Part shown: positions 14,680 through 27,893 of the stretch, piece by piece
Position numbering within the stretch: position 1 is the stretch's first letter
Layout of the letters: each line of letters begins with the position of its first letter
Source of the DNA: Diadema antillarum
Taxonomy: Eukaryota
Direction of reading: 5' to 3'
DNA: 64,000 nucleotides
Assembly (NCBI RefSeq): GCF_040938485.1
Contig: NW_027271384.1
Location: forward strand, 310,001 to 374,000
Notes under the pieces: generated by a model
The model's database searches: none
What the model saw: the letters and a program-made list of their open reading frames with translations, nothing else
What the model was told of the DNA's origin: nothing
Position numbers and translations under genes: made by a program

Positions 14680-14755
14680 AAATGCAGTAAATCCGAGTTA
14701 AATTACAATAGTGAATTCCACCAAATGCAGTAAATCCGAGTTAAATTACAATAGT
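14680..14755. repeat. 33-bp perfect direct repeat with 10-bp spacer
   Basis: AAATGCAGTAAATCCGAGTTAAATTACAATAGT at 14680-14712 and 14723-14755. Confidence 0.9.
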
Positions 14756-15107
14756 TGCATCTGATTATGAATTATTGAATTGTTTACTTTCAAGTAGATA
14801 TGTAAAATGCGATGCATATTATGCTACCATTTGTAAACATGAATGAAAATATAAAGGACATACCTGTATCGCTTGTGAAACGTGATACTCTTGCGCAGTG
14901 TGTTGCGTCCATGTCTACACCAACTACTGAGTGGTATGCTAATCAAACACCTTTGTGACAGACAGAATACTAGTGTAGAACTGCAGTGTTATGTGTTAGA
15001 TCTTACGCCGATAAAAATGTCGTAGTTTCATGTTGAATAATGAGGAAGATGACTTCGTCGTTCAAAAAACATGTTCAAGTTCACGTTGTAAATGTTATAC
15101 AAAACCA

Positions 15108-15138
<31 letters not shown>

Positions 15139-17068
15139 GAAAGCAGGACTGATAGAAAGTAAGGGTATCATATTGCTGCTTGCATTCAAAATAATCAAAA
15201 TAAAGTCTCGTCCTTATAGTAATGTTTTATATAGCACACAAATACAAAATCCTTGTTTAAATGCTATAAATTGATCAAATTAAAGAGCTGTCTTAATTGT
15301 ATGTACACCCAAAGAAGCCACAAGTTCAAGTTGATTTATTTCACTTCCAACAAACAAATAATTACAAATACAATGAAACGCTCGTATACACAGACGTCAG
15401 GAAATCAGTACCACAATACGATGAACAAAATAACTTTGTAAAAGAGATACAGGTAAATTATCAACAGAGATACAAATAACTGTTACGTCACTGTGGTAAA
15501 TGCATAAACAATATTGCTGGAAATGGGGGGGGGGGGACTGCTAAAAAGCAGAGCTTGTAGAATGCAGTCCCCTCATAGAGAAAAAATATAATTGCAAAAA
15601 AAAAAAACCCCAACAAATTTCCCTAAGCGGTAGTAAAAAAAAAAAGAAAGACAGAGTAATACACACATACATGCACACATACGGACGCACATTAACAAAC
15701 ACAAGGCGGCTCTCTTGTAAGGAAAGATTGATGAGAGGATAGAAAGATATAGTAGTGAAGAAGGTAGTAAGTCCGAGGTGGACAAGGGGGGGGGGAGAAG
15801 AGGGATATGGTGGGTCATAACCAGGGTACTGGAGGCACAGAAGCACGGGCTCGCTGATGAACAAAGAGTAGTGACATTAACGAAGCAACGACAATTTTGA
15901 AAATCAAAAGTGAAAAAAGAATGAATTATTATGCTGTATAAGAAGTTTTTAAATGATTCTTTAACTTTAAAGAAAATGTACTAAAAATTAAAGCTTCTTT
16001 TAGATTATTATCAAGAGAATTCCAGTGCAATTCCTCTATTTAAGTTGACTTCAATACAGAAATTCAGACAAACAAAGTAGCAGAAGTTTCATAAAGATTT
16101 GACATATATAAGAGAGATATGGACTTTTGAAGTGTCCCGTTTTTTCATCTGATGGTGATATGATTGAAACAACGACACGCTTTCATCAGATGCAGGCGAT
16201 AATGGCATATCTTTTTGTTTTCTTGATGTGTAAACCCACTTTGGGTTGAACTGGTAAATATTTAGTCAGGCATGATTTCATTTTGAGAGAATAACGCAGA
16301 ACATTTACGTAAATTCTGACATGGAATCAGTACCTTCTTCATTTATGCATGTTCAGTAAAGGTAGAATGACGTTATTGTTTTTAACATAGTACTATAGTA
16401 TGCAAAAGAAAGTCACAATAGAACATACTCTTATCATTAGAAAAAATCAGACTTAGTGGATGCAGTGAATTTACAACTGAATGAAACTCAGATTACGATC
16501 ACCTTGCTAATACGCCACCTNNNNNNNNNNNNNNNNNNNNNNNNNNNNNNNNNNNNNNNNNNNNNNNNNNNNNNNNNNNNNNNNNNNNNNNNNNNNNNNN
16601 NNNNNNNNNNNNNNNNNNNNNNNNNNNNNNNNNNNNNNNNNNNNNNNNNNNNNNNNNNNNNNNNNNNNNNNNNNNNNNNNNNNNNNNNNNNNNGGCTTCC
16701 ATCTACTCATGATGCATCTGCCTTTAATTATGATGTCAGTGATGTTACCGGTGGAAATCCAGGGTCCACTGTCCACGCATTGTAGCATGTTCGTAGTCTC
16801 CGTTCATTGCCTCATGGGACAAATTCCACCTCTGCATTTACCTGCAGAAAGCTGAATATCGGTGCCCTTCGCTAGCCCATCATTTCATTGCCAAGCCAGG
16901 TATTTTATCCGGTTGTGTCATCTACGTTAACAGTTCCAACTCCTTTAGCAGGTCAAACTCCTTGGGGAAAATTTGGCGTCCAAAGAAGAAGCCCTTCATT
17001 GTCGTAATACCGCAGAGCGTTTGTCACATCTTTCCATCCGACGCCATTTTGAAGCCTAACCCGGGAAC

Positions 17069-17374
17069 ATGACATGTACTCCCTCACCAGGCGGAAACTT
17101 ATCAGTTGTCCTACACGCAAAAAATGAAATAGTTTTGGTGAGTGGCAACTTAACATTAATCACGCATCGTATACGAGGTATAATATTATGCTGACAAGCA
17201 AGCAGGGTATGGCTTTCTTGATACGTGCTAATATTTTTTCATATTTTTATAATTCTTATCATACTTTATAAAAACATTACTATTGTCAATGGGACACATG
17301 TATGTTATGTATAGTAATATGTATGTATAATATACAATATATAACATATAATAATAATAATAATAATAATAGTA

Positions 17375-17412
<38 letters not shown>

Positions 17413-17967
17413 TGTTTTGGATATAAACTCCAAATTTTATTGTCCAAGAATGGAAATTCATTTTGCCCAATTGATCGTGGGTCCGGCAGCCACTGAGCAG
17501 CGCCAGATCGACGTTGCTCTAACCTTTTCAACTATTGAACGGCAAACAATGTAGCAGCAACTCCCATCTTTTAACGTCTTTTGGTATGACGCGGCCGGGG
17601 TTTGAACCCACGACCTCCCGATTGTGAGGGCAGCCGCTCTACTCACTGAGCCAACACATCGGTACATATAACATGTAATATATAATATATGACATATAAT
17701 AATATGATATATGATATATACAATGTTATACTCGTGCATATACAAACAACCGCAGGTCTATATTTGTGTCTTTTGAGACTCTAAATCAATTGCTTTTATT
17801 TTCTGCTGTAATTATTTATATGCAATTAGGCTCAATATTTTGGATAGACTGTTTAATGTCAATGATTATAGTATCGTATTATTTGTTTCGTTTGTATATT
17901 CACATCAAGAACACGCAATTTAGCCTATGGGCTGGTATGTATTTTCCTTTTGATGAAACAAACCAAG

Positions 17968-18025
<58 letters not shown>

Positions 18026-21000
18026 TCTTGATTTCATAACAATGCTGCCCTGGTCTGCTTGTCCATTCAGACAGTTGCACGGCAGTAAAGAGCAAGTTAA
18101 TCTGCATTACAGATATGTTTCTAATAGCTACTGATAAGGTATCTTCTTAGAATTTTGTCTTTGGTTTCTCTCAACGAAAAGAGCATTATGACACAGACCC
18201 AGATATTGGCGTTTTACGACAATATTATAACTGTAGCTTTTTCAATAAAACTTTTGAAACAAACGTATTGCAGAAGGAAACATATAACACACGGGTGCAG
18301 TATTACTGTTTAAGAGAGAGAAAAAGAGAGAGATCCATGTTAACTCTGAGTGCTCCATTAAGGTGATAGTGATATGATCAAATGTCATTTGTAACCGTGA
18401 AGTCATTGTCTTTCGCTATAATCAGAATTTGAATTTCATCATACTTGACAGATGCATCAAAATAGAAAAGGGCATTTTAGGATTTTTCTGTTGCTTAAAA
18501 GACTGTATGTTTTCCAGCATCGATCTGTTGCGTGGAGTTTTGATTATGAACGACCGACATTTTTAGAAGAAATCGCCAATTGTTCCTGGGTTAGAAAGAG
18601 GTCTTTATAGGCCTACTATATTTATGTGATGTATATAATTCATTATTGATTTGATACACAGTCCAATTTCTACTCAGTTAGATTCCAGTCAGTTGCACTT
18701 TATTTCCATGAAAAAAAGAATACAGATAGTACGAGGTATAAATTTGGCAAATTATCTATTGTTTAAGACTCTTATAAGTAGTGCAAGTCAAACTTTTTAA
18801 AGTATAATACAGGATGTACGAATGAACGCGTAATCAAAGAAACGCTGGGTGCATACTTTGCAAGGACCACACAAGTGAGCATCGATGAAAAAGAGTGATA
18901 AACTGAAAAACAAGAGTTTGCAAGACGCAGATCACTCGATAAACAGTATGCAAATAATGCATTTAATATTTAAAAGATATGTGTAACGATAGATCATTAT
19001 AGCAGAATATGCACGTAATATAAAAAAAAAATACTATACTTGTAGCCAGTACTTGACGTACAGTATAGAGGAATGACAGTTAATGAAGGAGGTGTTTAGA
19101 TAGTAATCCACTGTCCACTGATTTAAGTGTTTAATACACAATAATGTACTCACAAAATACATCAGTGACTAAAGGAAAGGCTACGCAAGTGATTAGAATT
19201 ACACTCATGATGTAGAACTACCCGGGAGTGTGACCTATATGAACAAGCAAGAATCATTGAACTTCGTACTTCAGACAATAAGGTAAAAATAACATAATGA
19301 TTTCTGTATGATGTATTGTTTGTGTTAAAGGACAAGTTCACCTTCATAAACATGTGGATTGAATGAATGCAGCAATATCAATAGAACACATAATTGAATG
19401 TTTGGGGGAAATCGGACAATCCGTTCCAAAGCTATATGAATTTTTAAAGCATCTGCGCAGTCACTCCTGGATGAAAAGACTACTACAGTGTATGATGTCA
19501 TATGCGTAGAAAGATATTAAGAAAATATAAAGAGAATTTCACTTTTTTTAAAGTGCAAATTTCCTCGACTTGTCACTGACGTATATTAAGGGTAATATTA
19601 TTCCCCTTGCCCTCTCAAAGAGACAAGACAATTGTTCTTTTGTTATGCGAGAAGAGGGAAATTATGTTGAATTTTCTTTATAATATTTTCTTTATATCTT
19701 TGTACACATGTGACACCATAACCTGTAGTCGTCTTCTCGTCCAGCAGTGACTGAGCAGAAATTTTGAAAATTCACAACTTTTCAATGGATTGTCTGATTT
19801 TCCTCAAACTTTCATTGATGTGTTCTAATAATATTACTGCATTCACTCAATTAGTGTAGCATTATTGCACGTACGGAACAGCTACCTTGATACAGAAAAA
19901 TGCAATATGTATGTGAACGATGCAATCCTGTGCATAGAGCAGAATACGTGAAGAATTATTTTGGCTGCATGATTCGTTTTGAGTTCCGAAATTTGATTTT
20001 TCGTCTATTTGGCAGGAAGATGTGCCCATCTGTGAGCCACAGGAGAATGGTAAGGCACCAATGATTTTTTTTTCCAAATTTACCTAAGTGTCACATAAAA
20101 CCTTTTAAAACATACTGGACTATAACTGTTGCGCATGCGTAATAAACTAAATCACTTCCCTTCAAAATTCAAGAACCAATGTTTTTGTTTGAAATGTGTG
20201 TCGAAATGAGATTTTTGTATTTTCACAGGGTAGGGACACCCATCTTCTTAAACCTTGGTTTAATATTGGTTTCTGACTGACTGTCCGATATTCTATTTGC
20301 TTATGACTTACGCTTTAGATTGCGTTCATTCTTTACTCACTCAAATTATAATGACCTAGCTGGTCTTATTTGCTAATGAACGGTACCGTATTAATGTGAA
20401 GGGGCCAGGGCGAGTCCATTGTAATTAAAGGTTTGAGACTTCCATGTGGTGTAAAAACTATATATTTGCTTTATCTCAGAGGTCCAACTCAAGATGGGAG
20501 CAGTCGGGATCTGTGGGACAGATATTCATTTTTGGTCAGAGGGCAGCGTTGGCGACGTCACAATCAAATCACCAACGATCCTGGGCCACGAGTCTAGCGG
20601 CACTGTGACGGCAGTCGGGTCAAAGGTGACATCCTTAAAAGTGGGTAAGTGCCATGATGCCATGAATAATTTTGACACAAGTCACAGCATGGAGAGGGGA
20701 TGGGGAAGGGGACCGTGATCAAAATGATATAGGAATACTAGGACTTACATGACTTTTTATGCCTAATATCTTTAAGCAGTTTATGTCGTTTACTGATTTC
20801 TATATACGCTTCTGCTACCTGGGTCAGAGTGGTATATTTTGAGGCAATCCTAGTGCGCTATGCCCATTAATGTCTTGACAGTGTATAGAAAACGTCAAGT
20901 TGAAGTTTTAAAGTTTTATCATGCATGTCATACAGAAAAAAAAAAACGTAATTTGTTTTAAGAATAGCCAACCCTGATGAAAACGCACACATCGGTCGGC

Positions 21001-24000
21001 TTAGAACTCTCTTATTCAAGTTATCTTGAAAGGAAAATCGGATTTCTTTTCTCCGATAGTAACACAGACATTCATAGATATTTTACCATGAATTCCCTCA
21101 TTTTTTCCATGACATAAACAGGTGACAGGGTTGCCGTCGAACCTGGTATACCGTGCCTAAGGTGCGACATCTGTAAGCGTGGTCGCTACAATGTTTGTCC
21201 ACATTGGCTCTTATCCGGGATGACTGCTGATGGTGGGTTGACGAGATACATGTGCCATCCAGCCGACTTCTGCTTCAAGTACGAGTTCATTCCGATTTCT
21301 CTATTTCAAATAAGTTTCCTCCAATACTTAAAGGTTGATTTAAAACAAATATGTATGTGTGGATTTAGTGAATGCAGAAATATTAGTAGAGCACATCAAT
21401 GAGGTTAGAAGAAAATCTGACGATCTGTTAAGTTATGAAAAAAAGGTTGTTGCCGGCACGCTTTGGTGGATAAGAAAGCTACAGCAGTTTGTGTTGTTGT
21501 TGTAGCCTTTGAACGATATGGAAGAAATATAAAGAGAATTCAACATATATACATTGTATATATTCTTATATTTAGGTTATACAGCATTATAAAAGAGCAG
21601 TTCGTCATACTCCCTTCAGAACTAAGGCAGGGCAACTCAGGAAGAATATACCCTTAACATAAAGCATTACCGGTACAATGCCCTTAGTTTTTGAAGATAT
21701 CATTGTTTTAAAATGATACGCTGCCACAACACTAGTGTTGTGCAACTCAATAGTGTGTGATTACGAACTTGATCATAATACTCTATGAGGAGTTCTAAAC
21801 AATAGAAAAGTGTTTTGAAGAAAAATAGATTATCACCACCAAATCAAAATTAATTGGATATCACATAGCAGTGACCATTATACATATCACATTAAGAATC
21901 ACAACTATAACGTACCGCAACTTTTTCTTAGTAATATTCCGTATGATGCAGTACCATGGGGTGGGAGGGAGGATTATTGCCTATAATAGGTTATGGTCCA
22001 AGCTGCGGATCGAGTTCAGGGAAGCATCACTCTTTTTTGGCAAGTTCTGCAAGCCCTCCTGGGAACTACCGCAGGTAGCAGTCATCCATGATGTGACACA
22101 GAGTTTTGTCATGATGGCCGCAGTCTGTAGTATTACGCCGGGCTGTTTAAAAAAGCCCCATTCGTGTAGACGGCGGTCTGTGCCGTTGTATGGAGGATGC
22201 GGATGCGGTTCAGGGTGGGCCACTGTTTCCGAAGGAGGTTGAATCCCTGTCTGTGGTTTTAATTGCTCTCGGGTAAGTGTTGGTGTTGAACTTAACATGA
22301 CAGGTACAATGTATCGCAGACAGCATCAGATCAGCGTCTGCCCCATTAAGTTTCACATGGAGTCAAAGTTTTCCAATGACGGAAGGACATTCAGATTGGA
22401 TTGCAGGATTTACGGCGCTTTGATGGCAGGTTGTTGAGGTTATCGTGGATTTGAAGGTCATGGTCTGCATTAATTGATGGCACTGGTCATCCCAGTTACC
22501 ATCCTTTCTCTTCCGCGTAGGGAGGGGAAGTGATGTGTGCCAAGTACGGGCAACCAGTGAAGAGAGGTGGACTTGAGAGTGCCTGAGACTACTCGACATC
22601 GCATTGCCGAGTTCAGGACTGTATATCAACTCGTTTCGTGTGGCAGATGTTAGCACCTACTCTGTAGTCGAGTAGGTGTTGTAGTATGAAGAGCACGTGC
22701 TGGCTTTTGAACCCCAGTTGTTGCTCGCTATTTTCCTAGTGACCATGGACCGGTAACTGGGTGGAATGAACCAAGGTGACGAAGGAGGTTCCATGTCGAT
22801 CATTCTTCTGGAGTGACTGAAATCCAGTATACGTCCACCATTTCCTGCCACCTTTGGCGTCTTGCTGTTAAGTGATGCCAGGAATTCAGTGTCAATGCCG
22901 CAACTCCTGCACTTGAATATCTTTTTTTTTTTTGAATAATTTATTATGCAATAAGCTCGACACTCTTCATGTAACTAGTTGTTCCGTTTATCCTATTTGA
23001 CAGTTTTACTGTAGGCCCTAATACAAGATACCCTTTTGCAAGTAATGGTATAACTGAAAAGATCAACATTTCTGTCTAAATGTTAGAGTAAGTACTACCG
23101 TATGAATACCGTACTCTATCCCCTATTCTATCCAGAGTAGCTAAGCATAGAGTCTCCATACCGTCAAGCCTCGGCTTATTTTGGAGACCCTTCTGTTTAA
23201 GTTCCCTATAAGCTGTTTGTATTTGTCTTGTATAATTGTACTAAAAACTATGTGTCGATATACTGTTTGTCATAAATGACGTGTATATAATCATATCTAA
23301 TGTAACGGAATTAAGCAGAAATAAATCAAATCAAATCAAATCAAATCAAATCAAATCAAATCAAATCAAATATCATTATACGTGAACATCTAAGGTGTAC
23401 GCCTAATGTATACACTGTTTGCAGACTGCCTGACAACGTGAGTCTGGAAGAAGGTGCACTTCTCGAACCATTGGCTGTCGCTCTCCATGCTTGCCGAAGG
23501 GCCAATGTCTTTGCAGGGTCCAAGGTACTCGTCTGTGGCGCAGGTATTCTAAATGCTCCTGTTAAACTGATGCCTTTTAAAAAAATTTTCTCAACGGTTA
23601 ACGTATACTAGTAATAGAGGCAAAAGTATAAGTAATTGTTTTTGCAGCCAAGAGCTTGTAGTGTTACGATGAAATTAGATTATACACAATTTATACATTG
23701 ACAGTTGTATATTGACAAAGGCAAGTTCTTTAAAGGAAAACACACAAAGTTCCAAGATGAGTTGCACTGGCATAGGAAAGTGTTGGTCCACAACATAGTA
23801 CTTTGAACGCGTGTTCTCGCGTTTTTCAGCAATGAAAATGAATCAGTAGAACAATATTACTGGAATAGTATTACTATCAGTGATAATATGCTGGCGATGA
23901 TGATCAGACATGACTGGTAGAAACTCATCCCTAATTTTGGATTTAACATGTGACGATGCATGTCTTTATCGATATAATGACACAGGTCGTGCAGGAGCAA

Positions 24001-26544
24001 TTACATGTTTTTGCCAAAAAAAGAAAAGAAAAGAAGAAGGCAGCGTTATTACAATTTGATTGCGTTTATTGGTATCTTATACTGGAGAGCATGAATCAAC
24101 TATATCCATTTTATGGATTTTCTTTCTTTTATTGCTATTTCTTCGTTTTGTAGGGCCGATTGGGCTCTTGTGTCTCTCGATTGCTAGGGTTATGGGGGCG
24201 GCGTCTATTGTGATCACAGGTTTGTATACCAATAAGGTTCTTTCTCCCTTTTGTTTATCTATATCATATTGATTTTATCATAAATTTTGCTTACACAATA
24301 ATATGATAAATTGTGCGAAAAACATAGATATATGAAGAAAGATATATGTTATTGAGTTTTTGTCGGAATGAAAAATACAAGCAAATTCTGGTTTGTATTT
24401 TTATCAAGTCATTCCGTGTCATTAACATTTTTTTTTTTAAATACAATTCATTTTTATAAGACTGGTGGCCGGTGATCACTGCATCATTATTTTAGATGCC
24501 ACATTTCATCACCAAGTATACATGGACTACTGATATTTGCATCAGAAACAGCAGATATTCCTTGAATTTTCCTTCTATATAATGTTACGTTTACTGTTTT
24601 TTAAGGTGGCTTAAAAACCTCGTTTGACTGACTTTGATTTTCGTAGTGATCGACAGATTCAGGATGACAACTTTACAAAACGTATATTTACGTTCAACTA
24701 ATATTGAGGCACGGATTACATGCCCTATACATATACAACAGTGCTATTTCTCTTTTGGAAGCTCGTGGTATTGCATACTCTATGAGGGCTTGCATCCTTA
24801 CAGTTCAAATACATTTAATAATCTACAGATCTAGAACAGTATCGCTTGGACTTAGCCGTTCAACTGGGCGCTGATCATGCCATTCTTGTGGACACCAAGG
24901 ATGTCCAAGAGATGGTCAAGCGTATCCACACTGCCCTTGGTGATAAGCCCAACATCACCTTGGAGTGTACTGGGGCGCCCGCCGCTGTTCAGACAGCAAT
25001 TCATGTAAGTACAGATGGATCCAATTTCAGAGCACTGTAACTTATGGCGGCCATAACTGGGGGCTTCCAAAGAAGATCAAAAACACTTTCAGTAGGTTGT
25101 GCAATGAGCCAGCTGCGACGCTATGTCAGTAAATGAATTATTTATTGTTAGGCATACTTGAACCCCCACCCCCGTTACAAATTACCATAAGTAACAGTGC
25201 CCAAACAGAATTTGTTTATTTATAATAGACCATATAGGAAAAGCAGTAAGTCTCTCCTTTTTAAAAATATCTATATTCTGTCTAAACCCTGCAACCAACG
25301 AAAACGATTCTGTTTTCACGTTTTTTGTTGTTGATGTTGCAATTTTTTATTACAACTTGTCGAGATACTGTCAAGAATGACGCATTCTTTTCACCGAGGT
25401 TGAGGAACAAGATAGTGAAATTAACTTAGAGGTCGAGGGTCAAGCTATGGCCTGTAGGTCAAATTTCAAGCTGAATGTTAGGTAACTTCAAAAACTGTTT
25501 GACTAATGTACGTAAGAGGATGTAATCTGAAACAATTTCCCAATTACATTCGAAGCTTGCTAAATTGATGCTGACCTCTCTTTTTTGCCGCAGTGAATAT
25601 ACCAGTAAACCATCGTGTTTTATTCATTGGTGGAACCATATTCTCAATATAATTTTCACTCTTAAGTGAAATCTAGTGCAATGTGAAAAGAAAACAGCAA
25701 AGCAAAAAGAGATTCTGTCTGTGTGGTTCTCTACAGGCTTCTCAGATAGGAGGAGTTCTGGCCGTGGTTGGATTAGGAGCGTACCACATGAACCTTCCCA
25801 TTTTTCCGGCGTTGATGAAAGAGCTGGACATTCGCGGAACTAACGCTTATGCAAACTGGTATGGGAAAAGTTTTTCGCCTCCAGTGTTGTGGATTAGTTT
25901 AACGTAAGAGTGACAATTACCTCTCTTCCACCAATCCGCACACTGCTACACGTAACCTTGCAAAGTTATCAAATATTATTATTATTAGACGTATTTTCAA
26001 AAAAATCTTATTCTGTGTTCTGACTTCAATGGCAGTGCCTGTTCTTCTTTTTAAAAGCACGGACATTTCGCAACGGATTTGATTAAAATTATGATAATTA
26101 TTTCTCGCAGTAGATCAGTGGATTTCACGAGATGTGTTCTTGTTTTTTCATCTTTAATAACCATCATCATACCGGCTCTTGTTAACCGTTATTAGGAAGT
26201 GTTCCCCTCTGTAATGTTTAGTCGCTTGTGACTAACTGCCGTGATATTAATGTCATCATACAGGCATCATACAACAAGAAGCGCCCTTTTGATGTATATA
26301 TACTTTCCATATAATGTCAACAGAACGTTAATTGTGCAAATAAACAATCATAATATCATGGAACTTGTTATTTTTGTGTGTTTGTAGTTTTCCGACTGCT
26401 CTGGACATGCTGGCCAGCGGTAAAGTGAATGCCAAGCCGATCATCACCCACCATTTCAAGCTGAGCGAGGCGATGAAAGCCTTCGAGACTGCCAAGCAAG
26501 GAGGAAGTGGCATAATTAAAGTCATGATCCACTGTGATCAGTAG
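17069..26544 (+). CDS. SORD: Sorbitol dehydrogenase-like MDR, paralogue 2 (9 exons, 354 aa)
   Basis: Exons 17069-17137 ([23 protein letters not shown]), 20016-20049, 20480-20644, 21122-21278, 23425-23543, 24154-24219, 24829-25004, 25737-25858, 26388-26544. GT-AG introns, 1065 nt open, same exon sizes as paralogue 1 apart from exon 1. Confidence 0.93.
17346..17663 (-). mobile_element. tRNA-derived SINE in SORD2 intron 1
   Basis: On the - strand: A box TGGCTCAGTGAGTAG, B box GGTTCAAACC, body CATACCAAAAGACGTTAAAAGATGG (resembles the MetaSINE-type central domain, from memory) and an (ATT)n tail at 17346-17412. Confidence 0.8.
17968..18024. repeat. (TCTA)n microsatellite
   Basis: Read directly. 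Other microsatellites: (TA)n about 3885-3921, (AAT)n about 5162-5202, (GT)n about 15108-15132 and 54728-54756, (ATCAA)n about 23324-23370, (GTT)9 47976-48002, (AAAC)n about 58340-58382. Confidence 0.95.
19329..19851. mobile_element. TTAA-flanked Kolobok-like element, right end truncated
   Basis: TTAA|AGGACAAGTTCACC left end. The inner TIR segment ATTGAATGAATGCAGCAATATCAATAGAACACA is mirrored at about 19819-19851. Confidence 0.6.
21975..22915 (-). mobile_element. Decayed I-group (Ingi/Vingi-like) LINE relic in SORD2 intron 4
   Basis: Broken frames give [30 protein letters not shown] and [24 protein letters not shown] (C-terminal Cys/His knuckle), with several stops and frameshifts. Confidence 0.65.
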
Positions 26545-27257
26545 ATGCCGTCTCAGGAGTTCCCTGAAGAATCACCAGTCCGGCGTTGACTTCAATATTC
26601 ACAATAAAATAACGAACGAATTTCCTTTTCCTTTATTATTCAATGTACAACATAGTCGGCCAAACTCAACAAAATTTGAATAACAGTATTCTTTTGACGA
26701 AAGTGCATGATTCTATATGAATTTATAAAGGTCAGACGCCGGGCTGAACTAACTTAGGTGTCGTATAGTTCAGTGGCGGAACCAGGAGGGGGCGTACCTG
26801 GCGAGCGCTCCCATCCCACCTTTTTTCTTTTTTTTTTCTGAAATAAAAGAAATAAAAAGAAAAAAACATGGGGCTCTTTTAATTTTGTAAAGGCGCCCCC
26901 CCCCTTTACGGACTTTCTGAATCATTCTCTGCAATGATGATTACAAAGTATAACTTTTAAGATGTAATATAGAGTCTATATAGCCTCCGAGGGACTTTAG
27001 GTTACTTATTATGGTAGATGGTAAATTTTTATTGTCGAAATGATAATGAAAAATTCGATGTTATGGATAAGTTCATCGGCAAACATCAATCAAACGTATA
27101 TCATTCTAAACACGTTGAACACGTACTATGCATGTTGATAATGACTGTAAAGTGTGGAGCACAGATCCAGAATAGAACCATCTCAACTGTTGGTTTTGAG
27201 TTTCCATACCGTACAAGTAATAAGTATCGTTAAAAGTAATAGACCTACAGTCATTAA

Positions 27258-27614
27258 AGGGGAAGGCTAGTAACTGATCAGTGGGAATCAGTGGAAATGC
27301 TGGGAGATGATTGTTCCAATCCTTATGGGATTCATTCAAGAGTTCATTGTATATCTATTGTTGTGTGAAAATGATTTGCTTCAGAACGGTCTCATATTCA
27401 AGTAATGTGCAGATTAATGCTCCGTCACTGACCAGGGACGCTAACCTGGAAGCGTTAAACTGCACATTACTTGAATATGAGACCATTCTGAAGCAAATCA
27501 TTTTCACACAACAATAGATATACAATGAACTCTTGAATGAATCCCATAAGGATTGGAACAATCATCTCCCAGCATTTCCACTGATTCCCACTGATCAGTT
27601 ACTAGCCTTCCCCT
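27258..27614. mobile_element. Fold-back MITE with TTAA TSD (Kolobok-like), copy 1
   Basis: 155-bp arms with a single mismatch, 47-bp spacer, TTAA on both sides, AGGGG terminus. Confidence 0.85.
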
Positions 27615-27893
27615 TTAACTGTCGTGTATTATGTGTTCATTTAAGGAGAATGACAATTTCTTGTTTGTGATGGTATCTCGTAAATAATGTCATGAAAAGC
27701 TTATTTACTTCTGCTAATGATGACTCTAACTCGGGGCGTTCAGTCTTAACAACTGACGAAGAAAAGAGAGGATGACGTTGTGCATGTTGATACTTGCCAT
27801 TATAGGACAAACATTTCAAACTTTGAAACAGAACTACGTTGTAAACGTCTCAAACTATATTCATCGTGTTGTTCTAACGAAAGTAATAGTTAA

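Noticed and set aside
1309-26544. Horizontal (bacterial) origin or threonine-dehydrogenase identity of the MDR genes
   Set aside because: The eight introns match the recalled vertebrate SORD exon sizes.
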